From: Pelomyxa schiedti
Lineage: Eukaryota > Protista > Evosea
Assembly (NCBI GenBank): GCA_020536535.1
Contig: JAHLWZ010000475.1
Coordinates: 5,684-69,683 of the forward strand
Direction: 5' to 3'
Length of the DNA stretch: 64,000 nt
In this document: positions 24,107 through 35,445 of the stretch, piece after piece
Layout of the letters: each line of letters starts with the position of its first letter
Position numbering within the stretch: position 1 is the first letter of the stretch
Translations under genes and position numbers: made by a program
Notes under the pieces: generated by a model
Told to the model about the DNA's origin: nothing
The model's database searches: none
What the model saw: only the letters and a program-made list of their open reading frames with translations

Positions 24107-25690
24107 TCACAGGAGATAGGAGAAGTCCTGGCATGACGAAACAAATACACCAAACATGAAATCCATCACATGTGGGTTGCGTAAAACATCCTCATGCTTG
24201 TTTTCAAGCTCCCCTGCAGATTCAAGTGTTGACTTTACTTTGGTGAGGAACATTGCAAGCCGGACTCCATTTTCTGATTCTTGGGTTGTTGATTTGCTAT
24301 GCTCGGGTGTTGTGGTACAGGGAGGGCTCAACAGAGGTTCAACAGAGCTAAGAACAGAGCTAAACCGGGTGTGAACTGCCACAAGTAGCAACTGGGAAAA
24401 CTGGAAACTGAACATGTTTAAGTAAAAATATTGCCCACATATGAGTGGGTTCGAACCTGGACAAGATTTGGAATGTCTTTCCAACCATAAACTGGAGTTC
24501 AGCAGATTCTCCAGACATGAAGTCAGGGGAATCTCGGAGGATGAAGGGGAGCACAGCGGAACCCTGGTTTGCAGTTCCCGTGCCTTCGACGGTGTCACAC
24601 ACTTGCGCAGCAAGCTGATTCAGATCCGCAAATGTTAATACTTTGTCCAGAGGCCATCTGTGGGTTCCATTAGAAGATGCCTGCTTCTTCAACTTGAGTA
24701 CGTGCTAAACAGGTCTGAAACGATTTTTTTAGTCCTTCCTATCAATGTCTCAACAATGGAGTGGCACCACCTCTCAGTGATACCCAAAAATTGGGCTTGC
24801 AGTCCAGGCGTAATTGAAGGGTGTGAAGGCTATTGAAGGGTGTTGTGTGTTAGTTCCAGTACAGAAAAGTGAAATTGACCTGGTCACTTTCATTCAGACA
24901 GACAAGAGGTGGCAAATACACGCAGTTCGAGACAATATTGAGTTGAACTTGCATTAAGAGTGGGAGTAGACACTGAACGTAAGGAACCACTATCAGCAGC
25001 GTGATTGCTGTACGCGTTATGAACTGTAAGAGTGGTGTGGTTTCGTACAATTAATCTTCATTTCTTCCCAAAGCAATCTTCTTTCCTCCTTTGATGCTTC
25101 CCTCATCTAAACAACTTTTGGCCTGAGTGAATTACCAACAAATTCGATTCCAAAGAATCACAAAGAAATTGACATACCCGGGCAGGAGAAGGCGGTGCCA
25201 ACATTGCACAAACATGCGTAATACTCGTTTCAAGATGGCGCTTCACATTCTCGTTCCCAGCCACCTGAGCACTCCGAAAGTACAACTTCACTCTATTGCA
25301 CACAAAAGGGGGGGGGGGTGGGGGGGAACCTTTGAGTTCCACATTAAAAAAAACAACACACACCCAACGTATCTCACTAGTCAACACCAATACCCTCCCT
25401 CACACCCCAAAAACAGCAACAACAAAACGAGAAGAAATAAAAATCCATCAACACGCAGCGGCGGCTTAGGCCGGGGTACGCAACTTGGTCAGCGTCTTCG
25501 CCCTGTCGGCGCTGCGTTCAGACATGGCGCGGTCGGCGCCGGCGGCCATGTCGCCGATGGCCTTGGCCGCCACGGCCCCCGCGCCCACCACCACCGCGAG
25601 CCCCCCTACGTCCCACACCGCCCCGGCGCCGCGCACCGCTGCGTCCCCAAGCGCGCCAAGCAGCCCCGTCAAAAACCCGCCCCCGCTCAT
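24107..25690 (-). CDS. PEX3: Peroxin-3 (peroxisomal membrane biogenesis factor)
   Basis: N-terminal hydrophobic segment, then ENVKRHLE, the spliced LLWEEMKINSITLLIVVPYVQCLLPLLMQVQLNIVSNCVYL, and C-terminal LAMFL...NPHVMDFMFGVF. These match the PEX3 hallmarks LWEELKI.SFTR and RVQLNII. Uses a 13-nt microexon at 25364-25376. Confidence 0.75.
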
Positions 25691-25966
25691 CGTCGTTTGT
25701 CGATTCCTTGTTGTTTTCTGATGTAACTCCTCAGCTCCAGTATCCTGAGGGACAAATTGGTGCCTGTAAGGAAACAGCTAGAGAGGTGGTTCCCTGCACT
25801 GTCCCCAACTGTCCCCCAATCTGCCAAAGGCAAATTTCCTCAGGGGACCACACTTCTTCACAGGGACCGACTGGGGGTCCAGATAAAGCCACAGAAGAAT
25901 TCCTCAGATCGTTCTATTTTTTTTTTTTTTGAAGAACACAAGGTTCAAAAAATTCGTACTTGGAAA

Positions 25967-27824
25967 ATGAACGACCTCCGTTCTGCAGCTGTTCGACGGG
26001 TTGACAACTTGGTTGGTCACATTACTGCCTCCCCGCTCAACAGGTGACTCCCATAACTTACGGTTTTGGTTACACCATTTAAGCCTCTTCCGGACTTCCA
26101 CCCAACCCCACATCACTTTCTCCCTCGAATTCAAATCACATACCTCGTATTAACCGCCAAGTAGCGTAAAGAAGACAGTGTTGGTGTTAGGCGGTGGACT
26201 TGTGGGAGGTGTATTGGCTGGTGACCTCAGCACTGATGACGACATTGTTGTGACTGTTGCCGATGCTTCTCCTGCCGCCCTTGCTCGTTTAAAAACGGGT
26301 GTGTATCTCCACTGGGACTCACAACTATGTCTAGCAAAATTACATAATAAAACAGTCGGCGAGTGACCTAACTATCTTGTATTTTCGAAGCGTACCCCAG
26401 ATTGAACACGATAAAATTGGATTTGTCGGACAAAGCTGCTATCATTAAAGCTGTTGGCCCATTTGATATGGTTGTTGGCGCACTACCTTCTTGGCTTGGG
26501 TTTAATGCCCTAAGTGCGGTTGTGGAAGCTAATAAGAACTACGTTGACATCTCTTTTATGGAGGTAGTCACCCTTCAGCTTTCTTTGTCCCTCACCTTTT
26601 TAAAAGCAAGACTACACCCAGCTTGACAGCATAGCAAAGGCTAAAGGAACTGTTGTTGTATGTGACTGTGGAGTTGGTCCTGGAATGTCTCATATGAGTG
26701 CGTTTCTCTTCACCCTTGTAAGAGGATTCTTTCTAATCTCCATTTTTAATAGTGTGTGCCTATGGTTCGAAATTCTTCGTACCTGATGGTTGCGAAGATT
26801 GCATAATATACATTGGTGGTGTACCACTCTACCCGAAACCACCATTCAACTACAAAGTGCCTTTCTGTCCTCATGATGTTTTTGCTGAATACACACGTGA
26901 TTCAACAGTCGTTAGGAATGGCAAGGTGAAGAAAAAAGACCCCCATCATGTTATACTTACAGAACATTTAAGGTTCTCCGTGTTCCCGCGCTCACGGAAC
27001 TGGAGACTATTCTTCTTCCTATGGTTCCTGAAGGCAAACCCATGGAGGCATTTATCACAGATGGATTGCGTTCATTAACGCAGAAACCAATTGCTAAAAA
27101 TATGGTAAAGTACCTAATTGGTAGGCTTATTTTTTTACCTGGTAGTGCACAGTGTGAAAAAACTCTCAGGTGGCCGGGATATCATAACTTTGTCCTGTCA
27201 TTAAAGGATGCTGGCTTTTTCGGCATGGACCCAATAAAAATCACTTCCACTGTAAGTAATTTTCAATTTTTGTTCCTACTGTTCAGCTGTTTTCACAGGG
27301 GCAAACTATTGTTCCTGATGCTGTTACATCTCAGCTCCTACTTCCTCACTGGAAGCAGAATCTTGATACAGACCCTGAGTGCACTGTATGACAGATTTGT
27401 TTTTCCATTGCCCTCATATTAGTTGTAAAAGGTCATGCGTGTCCAACTGACTGGTATCGGCAATGAACGTTCTGGAGCACCTGGCAAAAGGTGCCGGATA
27501 ACATTTGACCTGTTTGTTTCGACAGACATTTCGAGACCTGTCAGAAGGTACCCAAACATTAAATCCAATAACCTCAAACTCTTCCGCTTCTCCTTCTACT
27601 TCAACACTGGGCAGTCATTCACACTACTACATAGGTCTTCCATGGCTGTTTCTACCGGGTGCACATGTGCCCTTGTGGCCCGCATGGTCCTCCATGGACA
27701 ATATGCTGTTCCCGGAGTACATCCCCCAGAGGTTATTGGATTCCAGGACAACCTCTTTGAGCAATACACACAAGGAATGGCCTCGCGGGGTGTGAGGTGG
27801 AGCTGCACCAAGGAAATTCTCTGA
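25967..27824 (+). CDS. Saccharopine dehydrogenase-like / lysine 6-dehydrogenase family oxidoreductase with PTS2-like N-terminus
   Basis: Rossmann motif VLVLGGGLVG, then GALPSWLGF, YVDISF, DCGVGPGMSH, IGGVP..PKPPFNYK, EYTR, EAFITDGLRSL, EKTLRWPGY, MAVSTG and PGVHPPE. The N-terminus contains RVDNLVGHI. Confidence 0.88.
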
Positions 27825-28049
27825 TCGATCTGCCTTGGGCTTGATAGTTTCTCCTACAATGCACCTCCAAAAGACGAAAACAAGACAAACAAAACTCCAC
27901 AGGCGCGAAAATTGTCCCTGGACATTTAGTGCTTTCTTGTTTTGGAAAGGCAATTCAAGCAAGTTCACTACTTTTTTTTTGTTGCTGCGATCTTGCCAGG
28001 GAAAACAGACAACCAAAAGAATAAACGGGCTCGTTGGAAACGCACCGAG

Positions 28050-29963
28050 ATGAGCACAGGAGATCCAGAGGCCAATACGCGCTGTGCCAAACCACATAAA
28101 TGTTTTTTCCCAGATGTGTACCCCGAGGTCGCTGACGACCAACACGAACCTAGTTGTTGTGGTAAATGCTGGGGCAACAGGTTGGTTTTTTTTTTTATCC
28201 ATTGCTCTTCTCTCTCTCTCTTTTTTGTTGACAGAAACCAACTCGAACATTTTTTTTTATCTTTCAGGTTCGTGGGGCTTATCGTGTTGTGTCTTCTTCA
28301 ACTTTTTGCAATGATAGACAGAGCACTCCCTTCTTCAATGAAGGATACCATAAAAGAGGATTTGGATCTCAGTGACTTCCAAACAGGTTTCTACTTGCTG
28401 TATTTATTCTATTCTTATCTATACGTAGGAGTCATTTTTACTGGTTTTGTTATCGTCAATGTCGTTGCATCTACATTTTTTGGCCATTTAGTTGATAAAG
28501 GATTTTCAAGAAAGGTACTCAACAATCTAAATATGCTCATTCTTATCAACATAGCTTCTTCTTTCCTGCGGCATGGTCGCATGGTCTATTGCAGCCTGTT
28601 GTACGGCGTTATGTAACAATTTTGTTCAACTTATGATTCCCAGAGCAATAGTCGGTGTGGGTGAAGGTACATGTTCTACATAGTTATTATTCTTCTTCTT
28701 ACATTCTCTTCCTAAAGCCTCCCTTGCGGCAGTTCTTCCCCCCCTTATCTGTGACTACTTCCCACCACATCAAGTATCAAAAGCCCTTTCTACCACCTAT
28801 ACCATGATTCCAGTTGGCACAGCCCTATCATATGTGCTTGGGGGATATCTTTCTGGCATCATTGGTTGGCGGCTTGCTTTTGTTGTGAGCGGCGCACCCG
28901 GGATAATGGTATTTGCTGTATTGCTCTTGAAGACACCCGTAAAAGGGAATTATGAAGATGCTGCGGCAAAGAAAAGCACACCTCCTGGAGGTATAGAAGG
29001 ACTGAAGGTACTCATGTTTACAAGGTCGTTAGTGACTTGGCCTTAAGATTTTATTGACTACTCCATCTTGGGTTGCTCTTCTCATAGGACGTCTTGGCAC
29101 GGCCTTTTGTACAGGCGCAATGACAGATTGGCTCCCAACTTATTTCCTAAGGTGCTTGTTTATTTGTTATATTAACATATATCTTCTTCCACCTAGCTAT
29201 TAATAAAACAAAAACACTGATTTACGAACCCCCAAACCACACTCCCCCTCTCACAGAACCTTCAATCTAGAGGAAGGACAAGTTGGATTGATTGTTGGGT
29301 TCATTGTGCTTTGTGGTGGTTTCCTTGGGACTATTTGTGGAAGCCTTATTGGAGATTTTGCGCGCAGGTGCATGAGGCAGCCTTATTTCTTTGTTAGCTT
29401 TCTTGCAGCTTTCCTTACAGCTAGCTTGGTTACCACCTATCTCTTGCTTGAGAATAAGTGGGTGTCCTTATCTTTCGCATTTGTTGCGACTATCTGCCTC
29501 TTTTTAGCACTTGGTGGGATACTTCTATAATACACTCTAAACTAATCGTCTTTCAAAGGCCCACTGGGTGCGATATTGAATAATTGTGTTGCTGCAAATC
29601 TCAGGGGAAGAGCTAACAGGTGTGATCTTATCCACAAACTCTGTGAATAACAAAAACAGTTATGAGGCCCTTTTTGTCTGTATCTTGGGAGCTTCATACA
29701 GCTCTGCCGCTGTGGTATGGAAAACAAATCCAACTACTTGACACTCATACATTGTGCAGGGGGCAGTTTCAGATGCCACTGGCAATGTTGCATACGGGCT
29801 TCTTTTAGTGCCTTGCATGTTGCTGATACCCATAGTTGTTTGGTGTATAGCTTGGCTGTTTATCAAGCAGGACACCTCTGGTGAAACCTACAGAGAGAAA
29901 ACAGAAGCAGAAAAAAAAGATACAAAGCGCAACGAATTGACTGGCCTAGTTTCAGAACATTAA
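28050..29963 (+). CDS. MFS transporter, Spinster-like
   Basis: Motifs IDRALPSS..IKEDLDLSDFQTG, FFGHLVDKGFSRK, RAIVGVGEAS...PPLICDYFP, IPVGTALSYVLGG, GWRLAF and GTICGSLIGD, with multiple TM helices. Confidence 0.85.
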
Positions 29964-30027
29964 TAATTTAAAGCACGTTCTTCTGTACTTGTTTACGTGA
30001 CAACAAGAAAAAATTTGTTATTTTTGC

Positions 30028-31704
30028 TCAGTCAAAATGGACAGTTGAGCTTGCGGAAAATCTAGAATTGAGAGTGCCAGCTTCCTTTACAAGTTTATGT
30101 GCAAGTGATTGGTCAATGTGGGTGCTCTGAAGGTCCCGTTCTCTTTGAGGAATATGTGAGTGTTTTTTGAGACTGTGTCTGAAGGAGATAGCAAACCTGT
30201 CGAAATACGGTTCATAGCCATCATCTGCCTTCTTTTGAAGTTCCTTCTTTCTGCCATAGAAAGAGAGTTCCTCTGGGGAAATACCACTGCGTGCAACAGT
30301 TTCCCCACGTGAAACCTTCTCAGAGTATTCCTCAACAAGTGATTTACTTCGGTATTTCCTCTGGAAAAGTGATGTCGGAATCGGAAGTAATTGATGAGGG
30401 GAAAGTACATTATAAATATCCATAAGCTTTTTCGCTTCCATTTCCTGTTTTGATAAGGGTGCCTCTCCTTCCACCCGGCTTTTCTACAAGTCACTCAGAA
30501 ACAGAAGGCAAACTTAAAACGGTTACCTTAGGACCTGTGGGTTGTTCAGGCTCACTGCCAGGGATTCTCTTGCGTATTATACCTTCTTCTCGCTCCTTTG
30601 CCTTCCGAGCCCTAAAAATTAATCACCATTTTGGGTAAACAAGGGTAAGGCCTAAAGCATACTTATCAGCCGGTGTGTCAGTCCATACACTCGAATCACC
30701 TATCTCTAAGCTGTTTTTCCGGAATTGACGTGGCTTACCCAAGACAGCTATCAAGAAATAAACAGGAGGTCAGTTTTAAAGATAAACTTCTACACATACT
30801 TTTCTGTGTCCTTTCCTTAGGTATGGAAAGCATCCAATCCGGCCGTTTCAGTTTGTCATCCTTTAAGAGTAAGGGAAATCACCTAGGTAGAGTTCAGGTA
30901 CCTCAGTAGGCAGTTCACCCTTCACCCGCAGCCATTCTTGCTTTGCCCATCTGGCCTCTTCCTCCTCAGTCGGCAATTGCTGCAGTGCAAGCCTCTGGTG
31001 GGAACGAGGGTCACTAACCGGACAGGGTCCAATGATAACATTTCTCGTTGGTGCAACCGAACTGGTCTGAACCATAACGAAGGTAAAATCAGCATAACCA
31101 CATTTACCCCATCAACAAAATAAAGAACAAACAAAACCAATAAAAATAACCAAACAAAAACAAAAAGGAACAACGAGCGTTTGTACCCAAAACCAACACC
31201 ACAACAACCACAAAAATTCTAGGAGGCAAACAAAACGGAAACAAAAACGGGGGGGGGGGGGGGGGGGGGGAAAAAAAAAAAAAAAAGTAAGCAAACAGGG
31301 GGGTTTCGTGTCGACTCCTCACCGCTGCTGCTCATGTGCCCGTGTTGTTGATGTTGTTGGCGCGCGCCCCCACCGATCCCCGGGTCCTTCGGCTCCTCGC
31401 CCTCGCCCTCGCCGTCGCCGTCGCCGCTGGCCCCGCCGCCTCTCCCTGCGCCCTGTGCCGCGTCCGGCCTCGCCCTCCCTGGGCCCCTGCCTCCGCTGTC
31501 CTCCGCGTCGTGGTGTTCCGTGCTCCTATGGGTGGTGCTGCTGCTGCTGCTCGTGGTGGTGGCGGTCGTGGTGGGCCTGCTGGGGAGGGCACTGCTACTT
31601 GGGCTTACAGGTTTTTCTTTGGGTGTTTCTGTGCCCAGGAGATCATCCAGGGAGGGACCCATTACCCGCCGTCTCGCGTTTGCCGCCGGCTTGGGTCCCA
31701 ACAT
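30028..31704 (-). CDS. GPALPP motifs-containing protein 1-like (DUF3752)
   Basis: Repeated xGP motifs (MLGPKP, VMGPSL, IIGPCP), RPDWMLSIP, KSLVEEY, spliced FDRERDL and C-terminal AGTLNSRFS. Confidence 0.7.
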
Positions 31705-31984
31705 CGTAATTTTCCTAAACAATGATGAGCTTGGAACTTTTCTTGTACTGTGCAAACACTACGGGTCTGCTCCATGTTCAGCCTGTCTCAGTGTACCAGA
31801 GGGAGGAAATAGGCGAGTTTGGTCAAGTGGATCTGGCAATTTGGCAATTACCTCAACACTGTGCCCAAGTTGCTAATTCCCTTTCTGGAAAACATGTACT
31901 GTTCTCTGGAACATAAAACAGGAAAGTGTGCCTTGTTTGTTTGCATAATAACCAAAACAAACCCAGGCAGTACAACGCCCCACA

Positions 31985-34900
31985 ATGCAAGCAAACACCG
32001 AAGCGCAAGGCAGCCAGGGACAACTGGCTGAAGATGCACTCTTTGAAGTTCCAGAAAGCAAGCGGTTCCGCCCCACAAACTCCACCAGCTCGGCCGAGCC
32101 ACGACCTTGCTTGCCATTGGTGCCGCAGCCTGAAGTAACTGTGCCAGAGCAATACACACTCCAACCACAGGCCCACACAGAGGCCACATCCACGGCAGAA
32201 ACCCCACCAGGGACCAACAGCGGCCCAACAGCTACAGATAGCCCACTTTCTCGGAAGATCAGATTTAAGTCCTCCAATCTCCCAGTGTAAGTCCCGCCGG
32301 TTAAGTTTTTCGTCTTTTTAAACCTTGTGTTCACACAGGGCACATGACATCTGTCCACCACAATCTTGCACCGAGAGAATCAACCACAGGCGGACTGTTC
32401 GGCTAGGCACACAGAGGTCCTCCGAGGACCAAGTGTTTGAGGCATTCTACCGGTTCTACAAGGTGCTTGGGGATGTTGACCAAGTGTGCGGCCGAAACCT
32501 CAAACACAGATTCCTTGAGTTCATTCTGTGTGGGGAACAGAGTGTCGGCAAGTCCCTCATCGTCGAGCGTCTCGTCGGGGTATTTCTTCTCCCCTCCCCC
32601 TCCGCCCCTCCCCTTTAGTTAACTCGAAGACCAGTTCCCGCTGAACATTGTGGGACACAACCAAGGCACAAGGCTGCCACTTCGAGTCGAACTTCTGCAC
32701 GACGATAATGTGCCTGAGTATGCTTGCACTTTGAGTGAGTGATTCAGCATTCCCATTACAAAACTTTTTTTTGTATTTATTTCGGCGTTTTTATATATAT
32801 TGAATTTAGCTATTTTGCGATTTTATGCACTAACTGGTATCAAACGAAAAGATTATCACAACATCAAATTCACCGAGATTCAGGCTGCAATCACCAAGCT
32901 TAACTTGGAGGCACCACAGGTGACTGACAAGCCAATCGTGTTGACTGTGAGATCCAAGAAGGTGAGAAACTTGGCTTTCATTGATCTTCCTGGACTGTTT
33001 TCTGTTGGTGTGTTGACTCGATCATTGATTGCATCTGAATAAATTCTTTCATCAGGTACAACAGGGCAGGGATCGCGAGACGCAATCAAAGCACTGGTTG
33101 CGAATTATGCTAAAAGAGACAATGTTATCCCAGTGGTTGTCATGGAGCCGAGGGACTATGCCACCCAGGGCGTCATTGCTTTTCTCGATGACAAAGTGCC
33201 CACCTGGAAGAAGAAAAGCATCGTAGTGATGAACAAAATGTACTCTTTATTCACACAATACAGCAATATGAATTTCCAATGCAGGGATAAAGCTGAAACC
33301 AGCTACACATCCGCAGCAATGTTGCAAAGCGACCTTCTCCAACAATACTTTGACTGTGGAGTGCAAGTGTTTTTGCTCGCCTTGAAGAACGCTGAGCGCC
33401 GTAACCTGACATTTGAGGATCTCAACGAGATTTTGGTGGGAGCAAACCAATGCGAAGCAGACTTCTTCCAAGTACAAATGATACTCTTCACATTTTTTGA
33501 CACTGAAGCAAGAAATACTATGACGGACTTGAAGGCAAGCTTGACCGGGATAGACTTGAAAAAATAACTGGACTTGGGAAATTGGAAGTCCACTTGCGTC
33601 AGGTCTTGCTCTCCTTTTAAAGTTCAGTACCTCACACTATCAAGATTATGTGGGACAACGTCATGAATGAACTACCTTTTCTTGAGGATACCATTCGACA
33701 GGAAAAGGCTGACATCACTGCAGATGTAATTGATCTCCATCTCTCCACCCTTCTCCCTGACCAAAATATTTCTCTTCAGATGCGTTATCTGAGTGCTAAA
33801 GACAAGGATCTCACCTGCAGGCTCATGGAAATGGTGTATAAGATATCTTTGAAAATCATTGAGTTGCACTCCTTTTCTCTTTACTAATATTACTCACTCC
33901 TATTGGTTGGCAGTTACCTCAATGGGACATGTGCCGTTCAAGAAAGGCGCATTTCTCAGGGTAAAACTCTCGTTGACGAACTAACTGAGTACATTGATCA
34001 TGGAGAGTTTTCGAAAAAGTAAAGCCCTTCGAATAATTTCCAACAGTTGACATCATAAACAGATGGTTGAATGAATTCTCTGCCGAGGAGAAGAGCTGGC
34101 AAGAATTTCTCATTTCCAACTTTTTGGGGACTGGGGTTACAGGAGAAGGCACTCCGGTAGCGGCGGGGGACAATTCAGCCCCTCCCCGACAGGTTACTGA
34201 CTCGGCTCATGGACTACAGATTCAGTATGCAGATCTACATCTTGTTGGTGGAAAGCAGTTTCAACGACTCAAAGATTTTCTTGGTGTTGCATTGATCCAG
34301 TTCGTAAAGGCACGCATTACCCCGAGTTTTTTTTTTATAACCCTGATCGATTTCTAGTCTAGTGTCAACAACGAAGCTCTTGTGAGTTCAATTGGTCACC
34401 TGTTGGATACTACCACCAGTGAAGACTGGGAACACGCAGTCAGCGATATTGTAAAATATTGTGTGGGAGTTTCGCTCCACCCCGCCATGAACTGGTTTTG
34501 CCGGGTAAATGGTACCAATGAAAAGAGTGTTCTAATGTACCTTCTCAGCATGCAGGAGACATCTTGTACAGTTTGCTAGATATAGCACTGATAGACCTGA
34601 GCAATTATGGAGCTGGTGCTAAATTATTCAAAGACCTCAAGGACGTGTTCAAATCAGGCTTGCGCGTTTACTACAAAGAGTTCATCTCCTCTCTGGTGAC
34701 CAAGGCCAGCGATTCGTATGCGCCTCTCTCCCTAACCTTGAACCATTAATACATTCACTGTTAGCGTTCAAACTGCAACAACACCCATGTATACGTTTGT
34801 GCAGCACAACCTGACTCGTCGCTTGAGTAAAATCATCTTTCCCTCAACCACTGATTCAAGAGAGCTCTTGAGTAAAACAACTACTTCGTCTTCCTCTTTG

Positions 34901-35370
34901 GAGGAGGAAGGGGAGCCGGCACCCACACTGAGTTCCACTAAAACAGACTCTGGAGAGCTGTTCAAGGGTGGATGTTTAGACCTGAGGATGGGGAAGGGAA
35001 CAGAAATCCCATTCGACAGGACTGCCAAAGTCAACACCGAAGCTGTGGAAAGAATATCCAATGCCAGCAGTAAATACATTTTTTCATTGTGTGTGTTCCG
35101 GAAAACATTGGCAATTTCCATCTAACCTCGCTCAGGATAATGCTACTCCTGCCACATGCTGAGGCACATTTCAATGAGTACATGTTTCTGTCCTTCAAAA
35201 GAGACCTCCCCCTAAAACTCATGCTGTATGCTGTGCAGAGTGATCCCTGGTTGGCTTTGTACAACATGACGAGTAAGGAAGCTAAAGATGAGTATGATGC
35301 CCTTGTCGTGCAGGAGAAGAGTTATGACGAACTTCTGACCCGCATTGATGCCCTCAAGCACGCATTGTAG
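31985..35370 (+). CDS. Dynamin-related GTPase, DRP5A/Dictyostelium DlpA-C (cytokinesis)-like
   Basis: G1 GEQSVGKS, G2 GTRLPL, G3 FIDLPG and G4 VVMNK. The middle region contains ADLHLVGGKQFQRL, resembling the LYGG motif of the DRP5A/Dlp clade. Many introns; stop at 35370. Confidence 0.82.
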
Positions 35371-35445
35371 CATTTAAAAATACAAGGGTGAATGTAACAA
35401 AACAATTTGGGCCTTGTGTTTCTGTTTATTTTTTTTCTTTTCATT

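Noticed and set aside
34303-34357. Possible GC-AG intron in the dynamin gene (AAG|GCACGC)
   Set aside because: A canonical in-phase GT donor lies 6 nt upstream; the two cannot be distinguished without cDNA.
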